From Acaryochloris marina S15 (GTDB lineage: Bacteria; Cyanobacteriota; Cyanobacteriia; Thermosynechococcales; Thermosynechococcaceae): a stretch of 32,000 nucleotides of DNA. Under the pieces are notes generated by a model. The model did no database searches. It was not told where the DNA came from and worked only from the letters and a program-made list of their open reading frames with translations. Position numbers and translations under genes: made by a program. Numbering within the stretch: the first letter of the stretch is position 1; each line of letters opens with the position of its first letter. The stretch lies in NCBI RefSeq assembly GCF_018336915.1, contig NZ_CP064923.1:300001-332000 (forward strand). The letters are read 5' to 3'. Of this stretch, positions 23,886 to 32,000 are shown piece after piece.

Positions 23886-25208
23886 TCATCCGTCTAGATC
23901 ATTGATAACCCCTGATTCAGGTTTTGTGGATTGGATTCGAAGGGATAGGGATTGTGCTGCTCCCCCTTCTAGCTGAACGAGGGTATCTAATTGCTGAGCA
24001 GAGTGGGATAAGGCTTGTGCAGAATACTGGATTAAATGAGTTTGCTTCATAAAAGTCTCAACTCCAGGACCAGAACTAAAACGGGCTGTCCCTTCTGTCG
24101 GCAGATTGGGGTTGGCACCTGCGATGATCTGACCCACTGAGGGGACGGTGTGAGAACCCATGAGAATGGAGCCAGCATGGCGAATATGTTCCACCAAGCT
24201 CCAAGGATCATGAATGGCTAGGGAGACTTGAGCCGGTGCCATGGTATTGACTAGGGCAGTGGCGTTTTGTAAGTCGTCCACAATCACGACTAGGCCATAA
24301 TGGGCCATCGCTTTTTCCGTCAATATCCCGTAGCTGGACAATTCCTGATTCACTTCCAAGACGACCTTGGTGGCCAGGGTGGTATCCGATGTCATTAAGA
24401 TGGCTGCTGCTAGGGGGTCGGATTCGGCTTGAGCCAATAAGTCAGCGGCAATATACGAGGGATTGGCGGTGTGATCCGCAAGAATGACCAGTTCTGAGGG
24501 GCCAGTTAAGGCATCAATGCCGACGGAGCCATAGACTAATTTTTTAGCTAGGGTGACATAGATATTGCCACTACCGGCAATGACATCTACAGCAGGAATG
24601 GTTGCAGTTCCATAGGCCAAGGCTGCAATCGCTTGAGCTCCCCCCACGCGATAAATCGCTTCGACGCCGGCTTCTTGAGCCGCGACTAATACGGCAGGAT
24701 GTATCTGTAGTTCAGGGCCAGGTGGGGTCACCATGACAATTTCTGGTACGCCGGCGACCACTGCAGGAATCGCATTCATTAAGACTTGGCTAGGAGAAAC
24801 TTTTTGGGTCCTTCGAATATAGAGGCCTACCCGATCGACGGGGGTATAACGTTTACCCACCACCTCTTGATAATCGCCAAAGTGAACTTGGCTCTGACGA
24901 CGTTGCCGTAGGTGAAAGGCTTCAACTCGCTGATAACAAGACCGAATGGCGGTCAACATATCCTGAGAAATCTGCTGATAAGCAGCATCTAGTTCAGCGC
25001 CACTCACTTTGAGCTGTTCTAAGCTTAGGGGGTGTTGGTCGAACTCAGTTGTATATTGAACCAGGGCTAAGTCACCTTGGCGTTGGACCGATGCCAGTAT
25101 TTCTCGAACGGTCGATTCTTTGTGAAGAAGAGAGTTATCCTGAGTGCGATCGCAAATCCGTCGCAGTTCTGTAAGTGTCTCCGCTTGCTGGGTAATGGTT
25201 CGGAGCAT
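23886..25208 (-). CDS. Histidinol dehydrogenase homologue with substituted active-site residues (HisD-like, probably non-catalytic)
   Basis: 440 aa from ATG at 25208 (the track start at 25310 adds 34 aa). Strong HisD similarity (MLRTITQQ...ICDRT, GGAQAIAALAYGT, GPSELVILAD). The canonical QAEH, PEHL, GDY..G.NH.LPT and EGL..H motifs read QAES, PAQV, GQIIAGANPNLPT and EGGAAQ. Confidence 0.8.
   Translation of the reverse strand: MLRTITQQAETLTELRRICDRTQDNSLLHKESTVREILASVQRQGDLALVQYTTEFDQHPLSLEQLKVSGAELDAAYQQISQDMLTAIRSCYQRVEAFHLRQRRQSQVHFGDYQEVVGKRYTPVDRVGLYIRRTQKVSPSQVLMNAIPAVVAGVPEIVMVTPPGPELQIHPAVLVAAQEAGVEAIYRVGGAQAIAALAYGTATIPAVDVIAGSGNIYVTLAKKLVYGSVGIDALTGPSELVILADHTANPSYIAADLLAQAESDPLAAAILMTSDTTLATKVVLEVNQELSSYGILTEKAMAHYGLVVIVDDLQNATALVNTMAPAQVSLAIHDPWSLVEHIRHAGSILMGSHTVPSVGQIIAGANPNLPTEGTARFSSGPGVETFMKQTHLIQYSAQALSHSAQQLDTLVQLEGGAAQSLSLRIQSTKPESGVINDLDG
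25146..25153. repeat. HIP1 octamer GCGATCGC
   Basis: Exact 8-mer, within the hisD-like gene. Confidence 0.9.
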
Positions 25209-25467
25209 GACTCTGAAATGCCTATCTGCAACCGCCAGAGAAAAGATGCCATTCCCTGCAAATGTAACGCATTTACTGAGGAGGCGGGGGAAGATTTGTT
25301 GCCCATACAATCGGGTTGAAGTCGCCCTAGGAGTTGGCTAACGGCATGCTTCACTCCTGCCCTCAGCTTAACTCGAAAATTTATAAAGGGCCGATTAACA
25401 ATTGGTGCTACAATATCCCTTTGGGTAATTCATCGGTCCATCTTGGAAGTCTGCTGAGCAATTAAAC

Positions 25468-25752
25468 GTGGCCAATATCAAATCTGCAAAAAAACGAATC
25501 CTGATCGCTGAACGGAATCGTTTGCAAAACAAAGCTTACAAATCAGCGATTAAAACTTTTACTAAGCGGTTTCAATCAGCAGTGGACGACTATAAAAGTA
25601 GTCCCTCTGACGATCAGCTTGCTGCGATACAGAAAGAGATGTCCGTAACCTACAGCAAAATTGATAAAGCTGTTAAGGTGGGAGTCTTTCATCGAAACAC
25701 AGGCGCTCGGAAGAAAGCAGGTTTAGCTCGGATCCTTAAAGCAGCGACTTGA
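25468..25752 (+). CDS. rpsT: 30S ribosomal protein S20
   Basis: 94 aa. MANIKSAKKRILIAERNRLQNKAYKS is the canonical S20 N-terminus. GTG start. Confidence 0.93.
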   Translation: MANIKSAKKRILIAERNRLQNKAYKSAIKTFTKRFQSAVDDYKSSPSDDQLAAIQKEMSVTYSKIDKAVKVGVFHRNTGARKKAGLARILKAAT

Positions 25753-25774
25753 GGTTGGGCACTGTTATTTCTGA

Positions 25775-25799
25775 AATCTAGATAAATTCAATCTAGATT
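25775..25799 (+). terminator. Stem-loop after rpsT
   Basis: AATCTAGAT (25775-25783) pairs with ATCTAGATT (25791-25799). That gives 9 bp with a 7-nt loop. No U-tract. Confidence 0.35.
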
Positions 25800-25830
25800 C
25801 CTTCTCCACCGCTTTGGACATTGCTTCTTC

Positions 25831-26625
25831 ATGCAACTCATAGACACTCATGTTCATTTGAACTTTGATGTTTTTCAGCCTGATCTCGACCAGATTGCTC
25901 GGCGTTGGCGTGATCATCACATTGTGAGGTTAGTCCATTCCTGCGTTGAGCCATCTGAATTTGAACAAATCCAAAGCCTGTCCCAGCGATTTTCTGAACT
26001 CTACTATGCAGTGGGTGTCCATCCTTTGGATGTTGATAAATGGACTGCAGAAGCAGAGGTTCAGATGCGGTCGATGGCGGCATCTGACTCTAAAGTAGTG
26101 GCTATCGGTGAAACTGGTTTAGATTTTTTCAAAGCCGACAACTGTGATCGGCAAGAGCAGGTCTTTTGGGCCCATCTTCAGATTGCTCAACAACTGCAGC
26201 TCCCTGTGATTATTCATTGTCGAGAAGCGGCATCGGCGATGGTGCAGCTGCTCGACAAATTCTGGGAAATGCACGGGCCAGTGAGTGGCGTTATGCATTG
26301 TTGGAGTGGCACCCCAGAAGAGACGCAACAGTTTCTAGAGCTGGGATTCTATGTCAGTTTCAGCGGTATCGTCACTTTTAAAAATGCGGCCCAAGTCCAT
26401 GAGTCAGCCCGTCTTGTGCCTTGCGATCGCATTCTCGTGGAGACCGATTGTCCTTTTCTGGCTCCTGTCCCTGTGCGGGGTGAACGTCGCAACGAGCCTG
26501 CAAACGTGAGATATGTAGCCCAAAAGGTAGCGGATTTGCGAGGCGTTTCTTTAGAGGAATTAGCAGCTATAACCACTCAAAATGCCTGCCAATTGTTTCA
26601 GTTGTCCTTACCCGTTCAATCTTAA
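25831..26625 (+). CDS. tatD: TatD-family metal-dependent hydrolase (DNase)
   Basis: 264 aa. IDTHVHLN metal motif, [22 protein letters not shown]. Confidence 0.9.
   Translation: MQLIDTHVHLNFDVFQPDLDQIARRWRDHHIVRLVHSCVEPSEFEQIQSLSQRFSELYYAVGVHPLDVDKWTAEAEVQMRSMAASDSKVVAIGETGLDFFKADNCDRQEQVFWAHLQIAQQLQLPVIIHCREAASAMVQLLDKFWEMHGPVSGVMHCWSGTPEETQQFLELGFYVSFSGIVTFKNAAQVHESARLVPCDRILVETDCPFLAPVPVRGERRNEPANVRYVAQKVADLRGVSLEELAAITTQNACQLFQLSLPVQS
26423..26430. repeat. HIP1 octamer GCGATCGC
   Basis: Exact 8-mer, within tatD. Confidence 0.9.
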
Positions 26626-26703
26626 GAAGATTGATTTTCGATACAAACGTAACTTAAAATTGTTGATTCTATTCGCGCTGGGCGTGATTCTTAGAGGAGC
26701 TGT

Positions 26704-29700
26704 ATGACTAACTCGATCTACACTCAACCTGCCTTCACTTTACCTGACTTAGTTGAAATTCAGCGGGAAAGTTTTCGTTCATTTTTGAGAGAAGGATTGA
26801 TCGAGGAACTAGAAAGTTTCTCCCCCATATCGGACTATACCGGCAAAATAGAGCTCCACTTTTTAGCCAAAAACTACAAGCTCAAACGCCCGAAATATGA
26901 TGTTGATGAAGCCAAACGCCGGGATAGCACCTACGGTGTGCAGATGTATGTCCCTACTCGTTTAATCAACAAAGAAACGGGTGAAATTAAAGAACAAGAG
27001 GTCTTTATTGGTGACCTGCCCCTAATGACAGAGCGGGGCACCTTTATTATTAATGGTGCTGAGCGGGTTATTGTTAACCAGATCGTTCGGAGTCCTGGGG
27101 TTTACTACAAGTCTGAAACCGATAAGAATGGCCGCCGAACATACAATGCTAGCCTGATTCCTAACCGAGGTGCATGGTTAAAATTTGAGACCGATAAAAA
27201 CAGCCTAGTCTGGGTCCGAATTGATAAAACCCGTAAGCTATCGGCTCAAGTTTTATTAAAAGCTTTAGGACTCAGCGACGGTGAAATTTTTGACCGCCTC
27301 CGTCACCCCGAATATTATCAAAAGACCATCGATAAAGAAGGCCAATTCGGTGAAGAAGAAGCCCTCTTAGAGCTCTACCGCAAACTGCGCCCCGGTGAAC
27401 CTCCTACGGTCAGTGGAGGTACCCAGCTGCTAGAGTCTCGGTTCTTTGACCCTAAACGGTACGACTTAGGTCGAGTCGGTCGCTACAAATTAAATAAGAA
27501 ACTTCGTCTGAATACCCCTGAGCCGACACGGGTACTGACGCCAGATGATATCTTGGCCGCCATTGATTATTTAATCAATTTGGAATTTGATATCGGTTCT
27601 GTGGATGACATCGACCACTTGGGCAATCGTCGGGTCCGCTCTGTGGGCGAACTGTTGCAAAACCAAGTTCGAGTCGGTCTCAACCGCCTAGAGCGCATTA
27701 TCAAAGAGCGGATGACGGTCTCTGATGTGGAATCTTTGACCCCTGCTTCTTTAGTCAATCCGAAACCTTTGGTCGCTGCGATTAAAGAGTTCTTTGGGTC
27801 CAGCCAATTGTCTCAGTTCATGGACCAGACCAACCCTCTAGCAGAGCTAACCCACAAACGCCGTCTTAGTGCCCTTGGCCCAGGTGGTTTAACTCGGGAA
27901 CGTGCAGGCTTTGCGGTTCGTGATATTCACCCTAGTCACTATGGTCGGATTTGCCCCATTGAAACTCCAGAAGGTCCTAACGCGGGTCTGATTGGTTCTT
28001 TGGCGACTCATGCTCGAGTGAATCCCTATGGATTTATTGAAACCCCCTTCTACCAGGTTGAGCATGGGCGGGTTCTCAAAGAAAAGTCTCCGCAATATAT
28101 GACCGCCGATGAAGAAGATGATCTGCGGGTTGCACCAGGGGATATTCCCATGGATGCAGAAGGATATATCCAAGGTGAGATTGTGCCTGTGCGTTATCGT
28201 CAGGACTTCACCACCACATCTCCTGAAGAAGTGGACTATGTGGCTGTATCGCCAGTTCAGATCATTTCTGTGGCTACCTCTTTGATCCCATTCCTGGAGC
28301 ATGATGATGCGAACCGGGCTTTGATGGGATCGAACATGCAACGACAAGCGGTTCCTTTGTTACAACCGGAGCGCCCCTTAGTGGGAACAGGGTTAGAAGC
28401 TCAGGCAGCTCGCGACTCTGGGATGGTGATTATCAACCGTACCGATGGGGAAGTCACCTATGTCTCAGCAGATTCCATTCGCATTCGGGACAATGAAGGC
28501 GATGAACATGAGTACCTAATCCAAAAATATCAACGCTCTAACCAAGATACCTGCTTAAACCAACGCCCTATCGTATTTGTGGGCGATCAGGTTCGGGAAG
28601 GTCAAATCATTGCCGATGGCTCGGCAACGGAAGGTGGAGAGCTGGCTCTGGGCCAAAATATTCTTGTAGTCTATATGCCTTGGGAAGGTTATAACTACGA
28701 AGACGCCATACTAGTCAGTGAGCGGTTGGTTCGAGATGATGTGTATACCTCGATTCACATTGAGAAATTTGAAATTGAAGCTCGACAAACCAAATTAGGC
28801 CCAGAAGAAATTACCCGAGAGATTCCTAACGTGGGTGAAGATTCTCTGCGTCAGCTGGATGAGAATGGCATCATTCGCATCGGTGCTTGGGTAGTAGCAG
28901 GCGATATTTTGGTGGGTAAAGTCACTCCTAAGGGAGAGTCTGATCAGCCCCCAGAAGAAAAATTACTGCGGGCCATCTTCGGCGAAAAAGCTAGAGATGT
29001 GCGAGACAACTCCTTGAGAGTCCCCAATGGTGAAAAAGGCCGGGTAGTCGATGTGCGGGTGTTTACCCGGGAGCAAGGAGACGAACTTCCTCCGGGTGCC
29101 AATATGGTGGTTCGGGTTTATGTTGCCCAAAAACGCAAGCTACAGGTGGGTGACAAGATGGCGGGGCGTCACGGCAATAAAGGGATCATCTCCCGTATCT
29201 TGCCGATTGAAGATATGCCTTACCTCGCAGACGGTACCCCAGTCGATCTGGTTTTGAATCCTTTAGGTGTACCCTCCCGGATGAATGTGGGGCAGGTTTT
29301 TGAGTGCCTCCTCGGTTGGGCGGGGCAAAATCTGAATACCCGATTCAAGCTCACCCCTTTTGATGAAATGCATGGAGAGGAAGCTTCCCGTAGTACGGTG
29401 CACGGAAAGTTAGAGGAAGCCCAACAGAAGACAGGCAAAGATTGGCTATATGACCCTGAAAAGCCAGGTAAACTCCAGATATTTGATGGGCGAACTGGGG
29501 AACCCTTTGACCAGCCAGTCACGGTGGGTAAAGCCTATATGTTGAAGCTGGTTCACTTGGTGGATGATAAGATTCACGCTCGGTCCACTGGTCCTTACTC
29601 CTTGGTGACTCAACAGCCATTGGGTGGTAAAGCTCAGCAGGGTGGACAGCGATTTGGAGAAATGGAAGTGTGGGCATTGGAAGCCTTTGGGGCAGCCTAC

Positions 29701-30003
29701 ACCTTGCAAGAACTCCTCACTGTAAAGTCCGACGATATGCAAGGGCGTAATGAAGCCCTGAATGCCATTGTGAAAGGTCAAGCCATTCCTCGGCCAGGTA
29801 CGCCTGAGTCCTTCAAGGTGTTGATGCGAGAGCTGCAATCCCTGTGTTTGGATATTGCTGTTCACAAAATTGAAACAGAAGATGATGGCGGCAGTCGAGA
29901 TATGGAAGTTGATTTGATGGCTGATGTTGGCCACAAACGTACCCCTTCTCGTCCAACCTATGAGTCATTCTCCCGCATTGATATGGAAGAAGGGGAAAGT
30001 TAA
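26704..30003 (+). CDS. rpoB: DNA-directed RNA polymerase beta subunit
   Basis: 1099 aa. Unmistakable RpoB sequence (for example [12 protein letters not shown] and [11 protein letters not shown]). GAGGAG SD at 26694-26699. Confidence 0.98.
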   Translation: MTNSIYTQPAFTLPDLVEIQRESFRSFLREGLIEELESFSPISDYTGKIELHFLAKNYKLKRPKYDVDEAKRRDSTYGVQMYVPTRLINKETGEIKEQEVFIGDLPLMTERGTFIINGAERVIVNQIVRSPGVYYKSETDKNGRRTYNASLIPNRGAWLKFETDKNSLVWVRIDKTRKLSAQVLLKALGLSDGEIFDRLRHPEYYQKTIDKEGQFGEEEALLELYRKLRPGEPPTVSGGTQLLESRFFDPKRYDLGRVGRYKLNKKLRLNTPEPTRVLTPDDILAAIDYLINLEFDIGSVDDIDHLGNRRVRSVGELLQNQVRVGLNRLERIIKERMTVSDVESLTPASLVNPKPLVAAIKEFFGSSQLSQFMDQTNPLAELTHKRRLSALGPGGLTRERAGFAVRDIHPSHYGRICPIETPEGPNAGLIGSLATHARVNPYGFIETPFYQVEHGRVLKEKSPQYMTADEEDDLRVAPGDIPMDAEGYIQGEIVPVRYRQDFTTTSPEEVDYVAVSPVQIISVATSLIPFLEHDDANRALMGSNMQRQAVPLLQPERPLVGTGLEAQAARDSGMVIINRTDGEVTYVSADSIRIRDNEGDEHEYLIQKYQRSNQDTCLNQRPIVFVGDQVREGQIIADGSATEGGELALGQNILVVYMPWEGYNYEDAILVSERLVRDDVYTSIHIEKFEIEARQTKLGPEEITREIPNVGEDSLRQLDENGIIRIGAWVVAGDILVGKVTPKGESDQPPEEKLLRAIFGEKARDVRDNSLRVPNGEKGRVVDVRVFTREQGDELPPGANMVVRVYVAQKRKLQVGDKMAGRHGNKGIISRILPIEDMPYLADGTPVDLVLNPLGVPSRMNVGQVFECLLGWAGQNLNTRFKLTPFDEMHGEEASRSTVHGKLEEAQQKTGKDWLYDPEKPGKLQIFDGRTGEPFDQPVTVGKAYMLKLVHLVDDKIHARSTGPYSLVTQQPLGGKAQQGGQRFGEMEVWALEAFGAAYTLQELLTVKSDDMQGRNEALNAIVKGQAIPRPGTPESFKVLMRELQSLCLDIAVHKIETEDDGGSRDMEVDLMADVGHKRTPSRPTYESFSRIDMEEGES

Positions 30004-30096
30004 TTGTCTCCTGGACAAAGGTGTTGAACGGATGACTCCTTCAACCTAATTAATCTCGAAGCATATTTAGCAAGGAAACAGAGGAAGCTAATCGCG

Positions 30097-31968
30097 ATGC
30101 CAAAGCTCGAACAACGATTTGACTACGTCAAAATTGGGCTAGCCTCTCCGGAACGGATCCGGCAGTGGGGGGAGCGCACCTTACCCAATAACCAAGTGGT
30201 GGGTGAAGTCACCAAACCAGAAACCATCAACTACCGGACCTTAAAACCGGAGATGGATGGTTTGTTCTGTGAGCGAATCTTCGGCCCCGCCAAGGATTGG
30301 GAATGTCACTGTGGCAAATATAAGCGAGTGCGGCACCGAGGCATTGTATGTGAGCGCTGTGGTGTAGAGGTTACAGAATCGCGAGTCCGTCGTCATCGCA
30401 TGGGCTATATCAAATTAGCTGCTCCTGTGACCCATGTTTGGTACTTGAAAGGCATTCCTAGCTATATGGCCACCCTGTTAGACATGCCCCTGCGGGATGT
30501 TGAACAGATTGTTTATTTCAATGCCTATGTGGTTTTGGATCCAGGCAATGCCGATACGCTTTCTTATAAGCAACTATTAACAGAAGATCAGTGGATCGAA
30601 ATTGAAGATCAAATCTACAGCGAAGATTCCCAACTGGAAGGAATTGAGGTAGGAATTGGTGCTGAGGCTGTTCAACGGTTATTGCAAGATATCCAGCTAG
30701 AAACAGAAGCGGAGACTTTAAGAGAAACCATTGGCACTGCTAAGGGCCAGAAAAGAGCAAAGCTCATTAAGCGTTTGCGAGTGATCGACAACTTTGTCGG
30801 AACGGGCTCCCAAACAGACTGGATGGTTCTGAGCGTCATTCCTGTTATTCCACCGGATTTGAGACCGATGGTGCAATTGGATGGTGGACGGTTTGCTACC
30901 TCTGACCTCAATGACTTGTACCGTCGGGTGATTAACCGGAATAATCGACTGGCTCGATTGCAAGAGATTTTAGCCCCAGAGATTATTGTCCGTAATGAAA
31001 AACGGATGTTGCAAGAGGCGGTTGATGCCTTGATCGACAATGGCCGTCGGGGCCGCACCGTGGTAGGAGCCAATAATCGTCCCCTGAAATCTCTCTCTGA
31101 CATCATTGAAGGAAAGCAAGGCCGTTTCCGCCAGAACTTACTGGGTAAGCGGGTTGACTATTCCGGTCGTTCTGTCATTGTGGTGGGTCCCAAGCTGAAA
31201 ATGCACCAGTGCGGATTGCCGAAAGAGATGGCGATTGAACTCTTTCAGCCTTTTGTTATCCATCGCTTGATCGGCCAAGGCTTGGTGAACAATATCAAGG
31301 CTGCTAAGCGTTTGATCCAACGGAATGATCCCGTCATTTGGGATGTATTGGAAGAAGTCATCGAGGGGCATCCGGTGATGCTAAACCGGGCACCGACCCT
31401 TCACCGATTAGGAATTCAAGCTTTTGAACCCATCCTGGTGGATGGTCGAGCAATTCAGCTCCATCCTCTGGTCTGTCCGGCCTTTAACGCTGACTTTGAT
31501 GGGGACCAAATGGCTGTTCACGTTCCCCTCTCGATTGAAGCCCAGTCGGAAGCCCGTCTTCTAATGTTGGCATCGAATAATATTCTGTCTCCAGCAACAG
31601 GACGTCCCATTGTTACCCCTAGTCAGGACATGGTGTTGGGTGCTTACTACCTGACCGCAGAGAATCCGGATCGGCAAAACGGGGCGGGTAAGTATTTCGC
31701 CCATTTGGACGACGCCATTATGGCCTATGAGCAGCAGCAAATTGACTTGCATGCGTACGTTTGGGTTCGATTTGATGGTTCTGTCGATGACGGAGAGGAT
31801 GACGTTGAACCTGAAGTAGAAACCTCTGCTGACGGGACGGTTATCCAAACTTACCCCTCTCGCCGAATTCGTAAGGATGCAGACGGGAACTTGATTTCGC
31901 AATATATTCGCACGACCCCTGGTCGAATGATTTACAACAAAACCATCCAAGATTCATTGGCTAGCTAA
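30097..31968 (+). CDS. rpoC1: DNA-directed RNA polymerase gamma subunit (N-terminal half of beta-prime; cyanobacterial split)
   Basis: 623 aa. Zinc-finger CHCGKYK...CERCG and catalytic [12 protein letters not shown]. Ends where cyanobacterial and plastid rpoC1 ends. Confidence 0.98.
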   Translation: MPKLEQRFDYVKIGLASPERIRQWGERTLPNNQVVGEVTKPETINYRTLKPEMDGLFCERIFGPAKDWECHCGKYKRVRHRGIVCERCGVEVTESRVRRHRMGYIKLAAPVTHVWYLKGIPSYMATLLDMPLRDVEQIVYFNAYVVLDPGNADTLSYKQLLTEDQWIEIEDQIYSEDSQLEGIEVGIGAEAVQRLLQDIQLETEAETLRETIGTAKGQKRAKLIKRLRVIDNFVGTGSQTDWMVLSVIPVIPPDLRPMVQLDGGRFATSDLNDLYRRVINRNNRLARLQEILAPEIIVRNEKRMLQEAVDALIDNGRRGRTVVGANNRPLKSLSDIIEGKQGRFRQNLLGKRVDYSGRSVIVVGPKLKMHQCGLPKEMAIELFQPFVIHRLIGQGLVNNIKAAKRLIQRNDPVIWDVLEEVIEGHPVMLNRAPTLHRLGIQAFEPILVDGRAIQLHPLVCPAFNADFDGDQMAVHVPLSIEAQSEARLLMLASNNILSPATGRPIVTPSQDMVLGAYYLTAENPDRQNGAGKYFAHLDDAIMAYEQQQIDLHAYVWVRFDGSVDDGEDDVEPEVETSADGTVIQTYPSRRIRKDADGNLISQYIRTTPGRMIYNKTIQDSLAS

Positions 31969-31984
31969 GTTGGAGAAGCAGATT

Positions 31985-32000
31985 ATGGCAGAGCGTTCAA
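31985..32000 (+). CDS. rpoC2: Probable start of RNA polymerase beta-prime subunit (rpoC2), truncated by the window end
   Basis: ATG at 31985 lies 17 nt after the rpoC1 stop and is preceded by GGAGAAG. The call rests on conserved cyanobacterial gene order. Only 5 codons are visible. Confidence 0.5.

Noticed and set aside
23662-23976. 104-aa plus-strand ORF bridging the 3' ends of the GTPase/DUF697 gene and the hisD-like gene
   Set aside because: It is out of frame with one real gene and antisense to another. The product is Arg/Ser/Leu-rich. It is a shadow ORF.
25067-25354. Three overlapping ORFs (25067-25354 minus, 25077-25319 plus, 25144-25341 plus) at the 5' end of the hisD-like gene
   Set aside because: They overlap the conserved HisD N-terminus (MLRTITQQ...) either in other frames or on the opposite strand, and have no motifs. 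The 34-aa N-terminal extension to 25310 was also rejected, because HisD homologues start at the MLRxITQQ methionine.
25409-25414. TACAAT as the -10 box of an rpsT promoter
   Set aside because: It is a plausible -10 hexamer 54 nt upstream of the GTG start. No acceptable -35 element lies at 16-18 nt spacing, so it is not reported as a feature.
27567-31950. Long antisense or out-of-frame ORFs inside rpoB and rpoC1 (27567-27758, 27889-28347, 29051-29257, 29220-29522, 29446-29934, 30672-31106, 30718-30963, 31138-31371, 31561-31950)
   Set aside because: All lie fully within unmistakable RNA polymerase genes. Their translations are Arg/Ser/Cys-rich with no recognisable motifs. Such shadow ORFs are expected opposite long genes with strong codon bias.
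1-32000. Search for CRISPR arrays, transposases or IS ends, integrases, tRNA or rRNA genes, and defence-system signatures
   Set aside because: No spaced direct-repeat array was seen. No ORF has DDE, tyrosine-recombinase, serine-recombinase or nuclease-helicase hallmarks. No tRNA-like T-arm (GGTTCGAATCC-type) sequences occur in intergenic DNA. The window looks like core chromosome rather than an accessory island.

Overview
This window reads as chromosomal core sequence from a cyanobacterium, and I found no clearly novel multi-gene system in it. Three things support the cyanobacterial origin. The HIP1 octamer GCGATCGC occurs 16 times. The RNA polymerase beta-prime gene is split (rpoC1, then the start of rpoC2) within the block rpsT-tatD-rpoB-rpoC1-rpoC2. 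The plastid-type genes ycf34 and ycf51 are present. I support about 29 protein-coding genes. They include a tightly packed two-component and c-di-GMP signalling cassette (1-4285), a THUMP RNA methyltransferase, pyruvate dehydrogenase E2, a FIST protein and a SufU-like scaffold. They also include an overlapping Fe-ADH and aminotransferase pair, ktrB-ktrA, era, a dihydroorotase-like protein, a two-domain histidine phosphatase and a CPBP protease. I found no rRNA, tRNA, CRISPR array, transposase or integrase. The observations most worth a second look are listed here. (1) A histidinol-dehydrogenase homologue (23886-25208) keeps the fold motifs but has substitutions at all the zinc-binding and catalytic positions I can align, so it may be a pseudoenzyme. 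(2) The least ordinary stretch is 20.2-23.9 kb. It holds a Mo-nitrogenase-C-domain protein preceded by an unannotated 32-codon hydrophobic ORF with a strong Shine-Dalgarno (SD) sequence. Next comes about 1 kb of AT-rich sequence with no credible ORF, which carries three tandem hairpins. After that come three cyanobacterial genes of unknown function: DUF2605-like, DUF2973-like, and a P-loop NTPase fused to a DUF697-type membrane domain. (3) The dihydroorotase-like protein has degenerate metal-ligand motifs. All family names are recognised from memory of motifs. No database search was run.
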